From Phoronis australis (taxonomy: Eukaryota; Animalia; Phoronida): a stretch of 64,000 bases of DNA. A program made the position numbers and the translations under genes. This document shows positions 41,975 to 55,300 of this stretch, one piece after another (within the stretch, counting starts at the first letter, position 1; the number at the start of each line of letters is the position of its first letter). Location: contig NMRA01000053.1 of NCBI GenBank assembly GCA_002633005.1, positions 998,780 through 1,062,779 on the forward strand, given 5' to 3'. The notes below the pieces were generated by a model. It was not told the origin of the DNA. It did not search any database and saw nothing but the letters and a program-made list of their open reading frames with translations.

Positions 41975-44602
41975 TCGAAAATGAAATTATGTTCAACTAT
42001 ACCGTAATTGCCATATCCTTGCTAAACATCAAAACATAATAAAAATTACACTCAATACCTATAGATGATTTGCAAATTCTTTAATAACATTCCAATTTGA
42101 TAGCTAATGAATATGTTGTGAAAATAGAAAGTCCTTTGCCAAACCAAATTATTCGATACTTTTTCTCATTTTTTTGGAATTTTAATCAATTTGTAATATT
42201 TTTTAAAATATACATGGAAAAATGGCTACCACCACAAAGTATACTGCATATACAATAAAACACTGGTCAGGAACATTTTGCAGCAAATGTCATATCTAAT
42301 TCTAACATATATGAATAAAGGATGAACTTCTTTTTATAACAGAATATAAATATTTGTTAAGAATGTAAACTTTGCTCTACAGAACGAACCCAAAGGGGCT
42401 TATATCGACAAAACCTGGTGAAAATTTACAGCAGTGCCAGTGGTATTACCTTGAATGTTTGGGATGAATCAACATATCTGCAGTCACGGCAACCCGCGCG
42501 GTATGCTACTGATATTGATGGAAATTAAGGTACACTTTTGATAAAGCCATAAATATATCCTTTTTTAAATCATTCTGCTGCGTGCGCTTGTTTTAAAGAA
42601 CCATTTTTGGAATTTGTAAATTTGTGGTATTGGTCATAACTTACTGACCATCAGTCTTTGATTCAAATGTAGTGCATTAGCTTATCCAGTTTCCGGTAAA
42701 AGTTTATTTCCATGCTGGCGTACGCGAGTTTCCCTGGCAACCATTTTTGGATCATCAAATTTGTTCTACTGGTTATAGTATATCCTTAATAAAACGAACA
42801 GGCGGTTTAAATTCTTTAAAAATTCGTGAATGCAGAGCGTGCACAGCTTAGTATATAATGTTGCAATTCCAAAAACCTGGTTAACATGGCAACAGATCTC
42901 ATTCAAGCTTGGCAATACCATACATGTAAGTGTTTTAGGGAGGGTCACAAAAATGCTTAAGTTGGACATGGTTGCTTGCTTCTAAAGCGACTGCTTTCAA
43001 ACCTAAAGTAGGTGATTTTGACAGTCAAAATACCTAGTTACTATGGTAAAGGTACCTATTTCAGCTTAGTAGCACCCAAAAATTTCCAACAAAGTATTCC
43101 CACTAGGCGTAGTTGCCTGCTTGAAACGAGGCTTTTCCCTCAAAACCTGAAATTGAAGACATATGTCGCTTAATTCATCACGGTATCAATGCAAACACTT
43201 TCCACGGTTTTGTCACAACCTACCTCAAACTGGGAAGTTGTCATGGAAACATATTATAAGTGGAGTGGAACTGTGGAGGATCGTCACCCCTGCACAGCCC
43301 TTCCGGAGAAGGAATTTGGCTTATCGCCTAATGCCGGTCAATTGCATAATTAGTGCATTGATTTTCTCCGTTGAATTATTCTCTACACAGCCTTGGCAGC
43401 GCGGACGTAATAGTAATAGTACTAAACAGTCAAAATTGCCTCTTTATCAATGAAAAATCCAACATGTTTCAATAATCCGGATGAAAATGTTATCGACCTT
43501 TGCTCTTTCGCATAATTAAATGGCAGATGATAGTCGAAACAATTCGCACTGGATGTCGACATCCAAACACTTCGTGTATACAAATTTGTGGCCGCACGAT
43601 ATCCACCCTTTACAAAGCAGTGCTGCCACATAGGTGGCGTTGTGACAAGAGGGTAACGTTGCGCGAACTTCAATAATGGTGTCGTGACTCATAAGCCTTC
43701 CGTCGGCAGTGGCCCTCTATTTCTAAAACGTACTCCCTTCAAACAGGACCTTCGTCTCTTTGACAATGAACTACATACTATACATGTATACAGTGACATC
43801 TTCCTCGTGAATCTATGACTCCCAGTAAAGTAGTCAGCACACCATACAAACGAGGTTGTAGAAATAGGAATTCCGCCAATCTATTGCAGGGTTTCTGGTA
43901 CTGAACACTAAGTGCTTGGCTTATAGATTACATGCATTGGAGTCGAGAAATATTCAATGCTATTTGATTAAACAAAGCACTTGTGGTATGCAGGGAATAT
44001 TATTCCTTTTGACGAGAAGTTGGTTGCACTTGTCATGCATTAAAGGAACTGTACATGTCACCGCTGTTTAGCTGTCATTGAATTCTTAACCGAAACGCTT
44101 TGAGGTTGAAAAAGTATTTCACACTCATCGGATATTGCCAGTTGCCGAATGAATCAGAGACCGTGCTCATATCACAGACAACTGGGTGCATACGCCAATT
44201 TCGAATTCACAATTTTTGTATTGGCCTACCCCTACGCTGAAGCAATTATATATTCTTGTTAGTAAAGGAAAAAGAGTCCCATCATAATAAGGAATGCTAT
44301 GGACCTACTTAATGAGAATAAAAAGCCCGATTTTCGTTTTTATAGCCACCTAAAAAGGGCGAAATTAGTGATGACGTCCGTGCCAGACAAGAAACGTAGT
44401 AATTGAAATTCACTCGCCATTTCTGTGCACATGAGCAATTTGCGTTTTTTAAAACAGCGTCACAGAACTACATAAATAACTCGGAAGCGTTTACAGTTAG
44501 CTGCAGGTCACACAAGTCCTCACCTATGCTAAAAATTCAAGTGCGGGCAAATACAAGGAGCATCTTTGTCTTATTGACTTTTTTGGCGGTCATTGTCGGG
44601 TA

Positions 44603-44625
44603 GGGGGGGGGGGGGGGGGGGGGNG
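44603..44625. other. Poly-G run containing an N (possible assembly join or artefact)
   Basis: 21 G followed by N at 44624. Confidence 0.85.
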
Positions 44626-44899
44626 ACACCAACAACTCTAATTGGTTGAGTTCAGTCAGGTGGGCAAAGGTTAGGAGCGGCAATGAGTCCTAAATGTGAG
44701 ATTTTTGAAAAAATTGTTTTTGGCTTGTGGAGACTTTGTCTGTTAATGATCACTGAATTTTCCCGACTACTGTTTACTGAACTGTAAGTTTTCACAGCCT
44801 CATTTAGTTTTGTGGTCATTTTTCCACACAATTGTCAAATTAGAGACCGACTCGCCACCTGGTGACCGGCTAAGCCAACACTTACAAAATTTAACAACA

Positions 44900-45340
44900 G
44901 GATCGCTGTAAGGACAACGCGCATGCGCGTAATAATTATCAATAACGAAAACGTGGTGTTTGTTGCCAAAAGTGCCGGTGTGTTCTGCTGCTTCATCTTG
45001 ACTATTATTTTGGTAAGATGTTTTCCACAAAGGTAATGTAAGTACCAGACAATGGCTGTAGAGAAGTTATTAGCCTGACATTGCATCACACTTAGTGCGC
45101 CTTGCGTCAGGACTGGAAAGTTCGGCAGTTCGCACGCGGCGCGATGATTGTGTGATGCCGTACGGTGTGGCGTAGAGTACTGAGTAGGCTAAGTTACTGA
45201 GTGGCAGTGGCCGGGGACCGCTATATCCAGGTAAAAAAGTGGTAAGACAAAATCTGACACAAAATTGGTGTCATTGAAAACTACAGTCTTCCTTGAGTAA
45301 ACTAAATTATTTAACGGTGTTGAAAAAAATGGCGTACCGT
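44900..45340. promoter_or_regulatory. Probable La promoter region
   Basis: Perfect palindrome ACGCGCATGCGCGT (NRF1-type site) at 44917-44930, TTGCGTCA (CRE/PAR-like) near 45102, AAAATGGCG (YY1-like) near 45326; local CpG enrichment. Confidence 0.55.
45120..45230 (+). other. SSB: Probable 5' non-coding exon 1 of La/SSB (start approximate)
   Basis: CpG-rich stretch ending in CCAG|GTAAAA donor at 45230/45231; the next acceptor TTTCAG at 46281 lies 9 nt before the ATG. Confidence 0.6.
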
Positions 45341-45574
45341 TATTCTGCTGCTAATTGTGGTCAGTGTTTCACCCAGCTGAACTGAGAGAAAATCAAGTCG
45401 ATTCAAGTGTATGAAATTTTAACGAGCATCACAACTCTCTTGGCTCACAAAACTGTGTGCCCACGATTGACTCCCCTAAACTCAACTTTTCCTGGTGAAG
45501 GCATATCTTTAGAAGTGGTCATGTCCTGATTTAAATAGGTAATTCATGCATAATGGTTGTAATCAGTGTTGAAG

Positions 45575-45745
45575 GAGGCATTGTCGTCTTTGGCGATATT
45601 ATTGTTGATATCGCAAAGGACATTGTAGGTGTTACTGATATTGTCAGTGGTGATGTCGTGTCTTAGAGGTCGTCATGCAGCACCCTCATTGGTGTCATTG
45701 TCATTGTCGGCTATGATGTCGTTGCCTTTGTCGTCATGCTTCGTC
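45575..45745. repeat. Degenerate (TGT/CGT)n microsatellite in La intron 1
   Basis: Trinucleotide periodicity. Confidence 0.6.
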
Positions 45746-46290
45746 TTTTGAATCAGTTTCATTAAGTGTTGCTTCGTCAGAGTGCTTTCACTTAGCTTGC
45801 TCAGGAGTCACAGGCTTCTAAGTGACCAACACGTGTGATCTTTACTTAGAAATTTGTGTCAAAAATGTCTTGCTTTTTAGTTTAAAGCAATATTTTGCCG
45901 CTGTTTATCTGTCAATGTTGAATTAATAACTTAAGCACTTAGTGGTAGATTAAGTGCGACAGCTAAAATGCATGATTACTGACTTGGGTCCTAGTGGCTG
46001 AATCCGCTGTACTACTAAGCAACACGTGTCGCATATTTGATTTTTGATGGTTGAACAAGTTGAGTTAAAGTTTTGCCTGCATAAAAGTTGGCAAAATCTC
46101 ATCCAAAATTAACAAAATTATGGAGCAAAATTTTTTGCCAATTCTTAGTGAGTCAGTAGTATTGTTTTTCCATCTAAAAGTTCTGAGTTTATTTCAGATA
46201 TTGGTATTGGCTAGAAAAGTTTTGACAAAACGGTGTGAAAAGTTTCCTTGCTTCATTATGGTGGTATTTTCATCATTTCAGTGAGCTAAT

Positions 46291-46380
46291 ATGGCTGATA
46301 CAGAGACATCTAATGGAGCAGACAATACTGCCATTGAGCAACCAACAGACTTGGAGTCAAAAATCATAAAACAAGTCGAG
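46291..46380 (+). CDS. SSB: La coding exon 1: [30 protein letters not shown]
   Basis: ATG at 46291; donor GAG|GTATAC; start of La motif. Confidence 0.93.
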
Positions 46381-49300
46381 GTATACAGGCTGCAGGGTGC
46401 TAGGTTACATTATAGTACCTTATTGAGAACTCTGTATTTAGTCAATTCTCTAGAAAACTGTAGATTTTAACGCGGTAAAAGTGTGTATTTTCTAGAAGTA
46501 GATAGCTTGGAGAATTAGATTTTTGACTTTTTACCAATGCGCCATTAATTGGGTCACTTGACCGTGTCTTTCTGGTAAGATATAGCAGAAAAGAAAAGTA
46601 CATTGATGGTAAAACAACAGTATTGATAACATGACCAAATTTCATTAGATGTAAATGTTCACGATGAAATCTCAAAAAAGTTACAGTTTTCTTAACATTT
46701 GGTTTTATGCAACTTAAGAGTTTTTTCATGAAAATGGTTTAAGTGCTTTGTGTTATTAATTCGCATGCAAACGTGAATCATTTTAAAAGCAATTTCTGTC
46801 ACTGTTTTGGAGAATGGTGAAAAAAGCATAGAATCTTAATCTAATCAGCCATCAGATAATTATTTTCCTTAAGCTAAAACTTTGGTTCTGAATTTCATAC
46901 TGAGTTTATCTGATAGTAACTAAGTCAAAGTGTTGCTAGTTAGTGTTACATGTTGTGATTATAATTACATCTCATTCCAATTTTGGATCTAGGTGGCGTG
47001 TGCAGTGACACCTGTTGTGTGTTTACAGTAAAAGCTTGGACACGCTTGCCATTTTAGACAAGAAAAATATTTCTTTGAGTGATTATTTGTTGTTCGTGAT
47101 TTTGAGACATCTACTGAGAAAAATTATTCTTTAATTTCATAGTCTTAACATTTTCGAACAAGATCGCTGCATCATTGTTAGATATTTAACTTTTGATCAT
47201 TTGAAGGATTTTCTCACAGTATTGCCAGGTAAATAATTGTTTTATCTTCTGTGTAACATTTGTGTACGCTGGCAGCAAAACTTTGGAGTTGACTCAAATG
47301 AATCCTAAACTTTAATTGATAGTCATGTGACTTTGACTTTCAGTATTACTTTGGAGATGCCAACCTGGGTCGAGACAAGTTTCTACGTGAACAGATTAAG
47401 CAAGATGATGGATGTATCCTTACAAAACTCTAATGTGGGATGTGTTTTATTGTGTAGACTGCTAAACTAAACTTGCTGTGAATGTCCTTAAATTTTCTGT
47501 TATCTTGGTTTGTGTGTGTAAAATACATAAAAAACATTGAGCAAAGCTTCCACTATCTACAACAGAGTAACCAGCCTTTGAAAAATAGTGTAGAATTATC
47601 ATACGAGTAAAACTAATTATATGAGGAAAACTGGGATAACCTTTTTCATGACAAGGATATTGAGTAAGAGTGATAACAGGGATTTCACAATCTGTAGTCT
47701 GTGTTATTTATCATGATCAAGTTTTTGCAATACCTTAACTGCTTACCAGGGGTCAAACTTGATGTTCTTGTCACATTCAATCGGTTGAAATCATTGTCTA
47801 CAGACTTTGACGTCATTTGCAATGCCCTGACTAAGTCTACAGCTGAATTACTGGAGGTAAACTTAAGTCTCTTGAGGTTTTATGTGGTGAAATGCTTAAA
47901 ACTGCCAGTTTGGTATCAAGAACACCAGAAACCAACCCCACCAGTCGGTAAGCTGTCAAATTAGAACACCTGCAAACACTATCTGATGATATGTTAATTA
48001 GCTGATCTAGAGTTAATAACATTTAATGGTTGACTTATACGATACTACGTAAAACAGAGACGACCAAGCGCGGCATTAGTCATTCTGCATTGTGTTTTGT
48101 GTGAAAAGTTGTCTGAGGTTGCAGCTCATTTGCTGTGGTTTAGGGTATGATAAGGAATGGTGAGGAATTGCGTTTGTGGTGGTTGTGGCAACTTAGTATT
48201 TGAACACGCTGCGGCTCTTTTCACTTTCCTGTGCGACATCAGAAGTGCGGTCATGGCACAGGTTAGTACAACAAGGTTTATGTGTTGGTGAACATGACAC
48301 ACTGGCGCTGGGTACGTTCGTATATTAAACTCGTGTCTATGGAGCTAAGAAATGTTCAATTAAAGTCTGTTTCCTCTTATTTTCTCGCGTTTTATGAAGA
48401 TAATAATGTTATAGTCAAAACCAGGTAAATGGTGGTTTTAAGGATTTTAAGGTTATGTGTAATTCTGCGCTTAACACCAAATCTCTGCAAAGTTGCAAAA
48501 TCTCACTCAGGGCTGTTCCAGTAAAATCCGGATGGGAGGGTGGAACGGTAGTTAAAATAAAAATTTACAGGTGGTTGTCTTTTGAAGGAAATTTAAATTA
48601 TGGGTGGTCCTTCTTGGAAACACTTTGAGATTCATAGATTCATGAAATTGAAAAAACCTAGTATTAAGTTACAGAGACACCCGGTGGACAGAGACACCTG
48701 CCTAAAATATTGTTTCCAGGTGTCTAGTTTGATCAGCAAGTTTCTGGTAACTGACACAAGTTGTGATCTCACATGGAATTTTTCTGCACCCACAAATCTT
48801 GTGGTCGCATAGAGTCAGCATCCCGTCCATCAGTCTGTCTGTCATTATCATTTGTTTAGTCATATATCTCGAGAACTGCTTGCCGGATCATGATGAAATT
48901 TGGTATAGAGGTACTTGGTGGGGATGCACCAGCACCAGTCAATTTTTGGACTGATTTGGCTACCATGGTACCCCATATTGGCCATTTTAGGTGTTGGCAA
49001 GGCATTCCTTGTGCATCGATTATATCAAAAACTGCTTGACGGATCATGATGAAATTCAACAGAGATGTACTTGGCGAGAATATGCTGGCACCAGTCGATT
49101 TTTGGATGAACTCAGCTACTGTGGCACCCCCCCCCGTTAGTTTTGTCCGTCGATTATCTTGAAACCGCTTGATGACATTTGGCAAAGAGATAGATGGCGG
49201 GCACCAGTCTGTTTCTAACAGATTTGCCTACTGTAGCACTCCCTCCGTCAATCGTTTTAAGTACTTAATAATAAATCATGATGTTTGTCCTATAGGTAAT

Positions 49301-52300
49301 TTGTTTACAAGTGTTGCTCCATCTTGTAGGAATTTTAAAATAATGAGCATTTTTCTTGTTCATTAATTGCCAGGAAAACGTGTGAATTTTTTTCCTTGCC
49401 TGGGAGGGAGCTGATGTTGCGTCTATTGGACCGTTGTCCGCTCACACTGAAGACCGAAAATCTAAAAAGAGAATAAAACCTAAAGTGTACATTACCACGT
49501 ATAATTCAAGCATAATTTAAAAGACTATGGATGATTTTGTATTTCAACCTAGTAATTAAAATTATGAGTGGTTGATTGGAGAAATAAAAGAAATGTGTGG
49601 TAGGTAAAAAATGAAAGTGCCTTCCCCCATCCAATACGTTTTTACTGGAACAGCCGTCAGTAAAAGTATACAGAAAGCCTGTAAATTTCGTTTTTCACTA
49701 ACTACAAAGCTCTCATTAATTAGGCCCAGTATCCTTGTCCTTTGATAACGCCTCATGCAAAAGTGCAATATTTTGAAATAATTCCTAACAATACTTTCAA
49801 AAAGCACAGTGCCTGAAAGTGTCGACCGTTTATTGAGATATGACGTTCTAAATTCACCAATTGTGGACGCATGTCTGTTGTCTCGGATAACTGCTGTAAT
49901 TTCTCACGCTTAAATTTTCTTCTATAGCAGTGCTTTAGTCTTCTTCTCTTTTGTGTCACAGGTGGATAGCGACAATAAAAAGATACGTAGATCACCATCA
50001 AAGCCACTACCAGTCAACACGGCAGAGAGAAGAGAGGACATAAACAGTCGAAGTGTCTACGCTGTATGTGGTTAATTTGCATACTGATATAGCATTGTGA
50101 TATCTTATAAGTCATCCTCCAGTTGTCAGTAATGGGCAATTTACATGATGGTGTTAATTATTGATGTCACTCAGTGACTTTGTTCTAAATGTACTCTTCT
50201 ACAGCATGAGGTGAGAAATATTTCTGTCTCGATGTGAAAATAGTTCTCGGCTAGTTCTGACACACGTTGTTTAATACAGCGTGGTAGTGGAGGTAAACAA
50301 AGGCTTTTGATAATACGTTTGTCATGGTTATCTTGGAGACTTATTTTCTTTATTATTTACTGTTCCCTGGCCCTTGGCAACATAAACTGACCAGCAAAAC
50401 TCGGTCAGTATTCAGTACCATTGATCAAAAACCTGACTATTCAATAGGGTATCAGTAATTATATACATTGAAAAATAAAGTGCAGGTCTTTTTGCTGGAT
50501 CATTTAGAGCTTTTTATGTGCCCACATTACCGTCACGCATTGACGTCACCTCATATCTCAGGCTTGCATTTGGTCTTCGCAGCTATTATACCAAGACCTT
50601 ACCATTTTCATTGATGTATCGTATGCCACCAAGCGACCATTTTTATTTTCTAGTCTGTTTTCTGGAATCCGCCTCTCTATCTGCCAAACTACTCGAATGA
50701 TCGTTATGAAAATTTTGTTCCTGCAGCTGATGTTGATTTTAGGACTAGTGTGACTGCTGTGCCATCCCTAGTGGCAGTTTATTTTATTTTTTTCAATATG
50801 TACGAAGTTCTTTTATGAGTGAAATTCGATAAGTGTTGCTATTGAGAAGAGTACAGATGAGGTAGATTTTGGCACTTCTTCAACTACTTTGGAGTCCCCG
50901 AGTGGCATTTTTTTGCTTCAATATCTACCAAGGTTTTTAATAGGTTTTTGTGAAATTAGATATGTGTTGCTATTGAGGAGCCAATCTGACATGGATTTTG
51001 GAACTTACTGTGGAGTCTACTTAATGGCAATTTTGGTTTTCTTTGTGTTTGCCTCAATGTCTACCAAGTTAAGTAATGGATGTTCATGAAATTTTTGTGT
51101 TTTTTTTGTCTACCTCCCTATCCAGAAACTGCTTGAAGAATCATGATGAAAAACGACAGGTGCTTTCCTATTATGCAGAGTGTAGCCGACTTGCTTTGTT
51201 TCCATAGAAGTTTTTTTGGTTTCTAGTATATTGCTCCCTCTTGTGGAAATGTTTATAATAAAGATAATCCCTTGTATCTACTGTATGCAATACAAATGGT
51301 GGGCACATAGGAACGCACTGCGTTGGCAAGGACACTGGGAGAGGTACATTTAATAATAAAAGTGCCCCCTCCTCTGAGGCAACGGGAGATTTATGTTTTT
51401 AGTGGTAAGACAAACCATTTGCTTTCCTCGTTAAAAGATCCACAACATAAATCCCATGCACTGATTTAGAAGACAAAACTTGAACCTGCCAGTAATTAGA
51501 ATTCTCTGGCTATAGCTAATTTGAGGGCAGTGTGGGCCATAGTCACTTACTGAGGTCGTGGATTTTGAGAATCAGTTTGACGACCATTGTTCAGTGGAGA
51601 AAATTACTTCTCAAAAAACGGAGCCCCCTTTAAATGCAGTTATACTGCAGATGAAGTTAGCATATGTGAATATCTACATAAAAACTATGTTTTCCTTTCT
51701 CTCTGAAGAAGAAACAAAAAACTTCCGATCAAAATGAATAAGTAAACTGCAAACTGTTTGCGTATCAATTCATTGACAACAAACACCGGAAGAGTTTTCA
51801 TTGGGTGTATTCTTTTTCTCTTTACAGAAAGGCTTTCCACTGGAGGCCACGTTGGATCAAATACAGGAGTTCATGCAAAAATACGGAGAAGTCGAGTCAA
51901 TTGGCCTTAGGAAGGACCAACACAAAAAGTTCAAGGTCATTTGACATGGTTGTCATGTTCATGTGTATTAGTAGTTCATACAATACACAGGGCTTGGAAT
52001 TTTCTTGTTTTAAGAGGATTCCCTCTTTGTCAGTCTCTTTTTATCATTATTTCGGTTTTATTCGTGCAAGAATGTTTATTTCAGTATAATTTTGTAACAC
52101 AAAAAATATTTCTATCACGCGAGCTTATTTATTTTTTGGAACAAAACGTCACCTGGAAAATTTTCCTCTTTTTTTGTCATTGGTCATTCGAAGCCCTGAA
52201 TACAATACTGTCTTGTTTATCTGGAGAGATGTTGTTAGTATAATTTGTACTTTATGTTCAACATATGTACCAACGATAAAAATACATGCGTCACAAGCTT

Positions 52301-55300
52301 GTTGCCAGAGATGAGAAGAAGACTGAGGTTGGGAAAATAAGGTCATTTATTTACAGGATATAAGTACAAAGCATGGGGATGAAAATTAAGTGTAATGTAA
52401 TCTCTGGTTGCATGTGTAATAAAATAGCATGTATTGTGTCCAATACAATAACGCCACGTTTACTTGAAAGTGTAATGTTGGTATTGCCAGCTTTTAAATT
52501 AGAGTAATTATTTATGTCTTGGAATTATTGTTGGGTACATGACTAATCTGCTTGTGACATCTGGCCAATTGAATCATTTCTGTATCAGGGTATAGCCACA
52601 GTTGATTTACCATACCTGTCTGCGCATAGTATCAGCCCTTCAAACACAGTGTTTACACAGAATGGCTGTTGTTTTTCAAGCCTGGGTGCAGTGTTTGTAA
52701 CTCCCGCCAGAGTCTCGCTGTAGTACTTGCAGAGATTTTCCGTTAGATTTGGCGGTGTGGTCAGAATATTATGAGCTCACTTAGTCATTCAATTTTTTCT
52801 CCGGCGAGTTGGGGAAACACATTCTGATTTTTAAGGAGTTTAGGGATCCGTGCTTTAGCCTGCTGTCAAATGGGGGGAGGTGGAACTGTGTTTTTGGTTT
52901 ACAAGAACTGGTGGCATGCATGGTGAGCTTCAACAGTTTTGTCTATCTGATGGGTGGGTTTGTATATGCATTGAATTTGGCATTTGTAGAATAGAAATGT
53001 GTCATTGGTACAAATAATTCTGCGTAGGAATACACATAATAGGGTTCCTTGAGTGTAACCTCTATTGTCCTAATATTCTTATGCAGAATTACCATCAAAC
53101 TTCAACTTGGTGAAGTTTCGTTTGATTTCAAAATCAGGATTCATAATGTTTTGAAGTCCATCTCATTTTTACATTATTTTGTCTCTCATTTTGTTCACAG
53201 GGATCCATCTTCGCATTATTCAAAACTAAAGAGTCAGCTGAGGAGTTCATCAAAGCAGAATCCATCAAATATGAAGATACAGAGTTGAAACGTTTATTAA
53301 AGTGAGTTGACTTTGAACTTTTATTGGCCTACTTTTTATTAAGCACTTATAATGTATTAGGGATGCCAGTGTGAGATTTGGTAAACACGAACAGTGCTTT
53401 GAAAGTCGATGCGTATGAACAACTTGGGTGCAATCTTAATGTTGCTATTGTGTAAGGACTTGTTTCATTTCAATTTCCTCTGTAAGGAGAAATACCGAAC
53501 TCGCCCCAATAAGTGCCCATGCCCCTATAAACGCCCCCCCCACGCGTTTTCATACTTCACTGAAATAAGCGCCCAGCCCATGAACGTGCGCATACAAAAA
53601 ATGCCTTACCTACAGTTCTAAAATTCTACAGTAGCGTCTTTAATTTATCAATAAGACCCGACAGTCCTGAAAAATTCATTGAATGTGGAATTTGTAGACC
53701 ACGAGCCTCTCCGCTATGTCGGTATTTAGCCGTGACTATACACTTCCAACTTCTGCCCTGCCTTCAAAAAGAAGTTTTGCTGATCTTGCGAGGAACGTGT
53801 CCCACTATGGTGCGGCCTTTCAGAACAGGCACAGTGTACTTGTCAACAGGATTGTATCTCCCCCGTACAGATCTTCTCCTTCAACAGGAATCCAGGTTTC
53901 TTTGACACGTGAAAACTGCGAATCGAAGAATAATAAAAAACTTGACCAGCGTTAAAAGCATGTGACCAGGAAGCGCGCGTTAGATACATGTACCTGTCAT
54001 CAAAGACATTAGTCGGGAACTATCTATTCGTGAAACGGGTAGCATAGCATCGGCAAGAAATAAATATTGGCATTAATTTCCGAAAGTTTCTAATACCTTA
54101 AAAAGCTTTTGCGTGATTTTTAAGATGAATTTAATTAATCATAATTGGTGTTTTTATAGTCAAAATGACGCACTGATAGTGAACACTTCCTCACCCTTAC
54201 ACCCCGAATCTCCCGGAAATTATCTGTTAGACTGTCACGCTTCCAATCACCTGGCAACTCAATGACATTTAATATCGGTCTTACCGAGACAATTCTCAGA
54301 CGTTTTTTAGCAGATAAGATCAGCTAGTGGTAAACAAACACGTTCTGCTTTACTGCTTGAGTTAATTTCTTTAGTTACAATGCACACCCAGATCATTACA
54401 TTGCGTTAACTCTGGGAAATGAACTCTGGTGACACTCACGTGCTTGCTCATTCACACACTCACACACAGACAAACTTCAAAACAAACATCATGTGACAAC
54501 AACGTGTGTTCGTCCAGAGATTTTTCTCTTGTTGCGGGGTACGGTGTAGTGCAGAAATTTGACTTTGTCTGCAACGTTAATCCCGGCACCACATGAACTT
54601 AAAATCTTAGGGATGCTATTTGGAAAACGTAAGCAGGATTTAATTTAATTTGTTGAGTCGAAACTATTTTATTCAAGAATTTCAGGTTGCCCTAACGACG
54701 ATCACGAGTTTTCTCCCTGGGATCTCAGCACAATTTTTTTTGAAAAATGATAGCAATGCACCACAATTTCGCAGAAAGTCTGTCATAAGGGCCTTTCATA
54801 CTAACGTTGATGTAGTTTGGGGAGTCGCGGTCAGTACGAACGCGTAACTTGTGTCCTGAATCGCAGTTAACAGGTGGATTTAACAACGCAGCGTCGACGC
54901 TGCAAAAGTTATTGCCAGGTGCCACTGTTATCGTCAACAATTACAGGATAGTGCTGTTGCTAATAGTTGCTCATATTTTGGTCTAATAATCACCAATCGA
55001 TTTAAAAATAAGTTAATGTTAATTAGCACAATCATATAAATGTTTCCAAGTTGTCACTTTGAAAAAATCTTAGCGTGCAGCACTACCTTGCGATAACTTT
55101 GTTGACGACAGTGTCACTTACTGTTTACTTTGATGTTCATTAACTACCAAAGCCAGTATGAATGGTCCAGTTAACTTTGCTGTTTACGTCGACGCTCCGC
55201 TCAGACCAGAGTTAAGTCAATATTCTGATTTCAACCATTTCGGAGACCGGGTTTCAACCGCCTTAGGCTACAATAAGCGCACCCCTCCTGAAACGAATTT

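Noticed and set aside
44603-44625. G-run as a promoter G-quadruplex
   Set aside because: It contains an N, so its length and continuity may be an assembly artefact.
51330-51450. AGACAAACCAT matching the U17/snR30 m2 motif
   Set aside because: The m1 motif ATATTCCTA and the expected stem/ACA spacing are absent.
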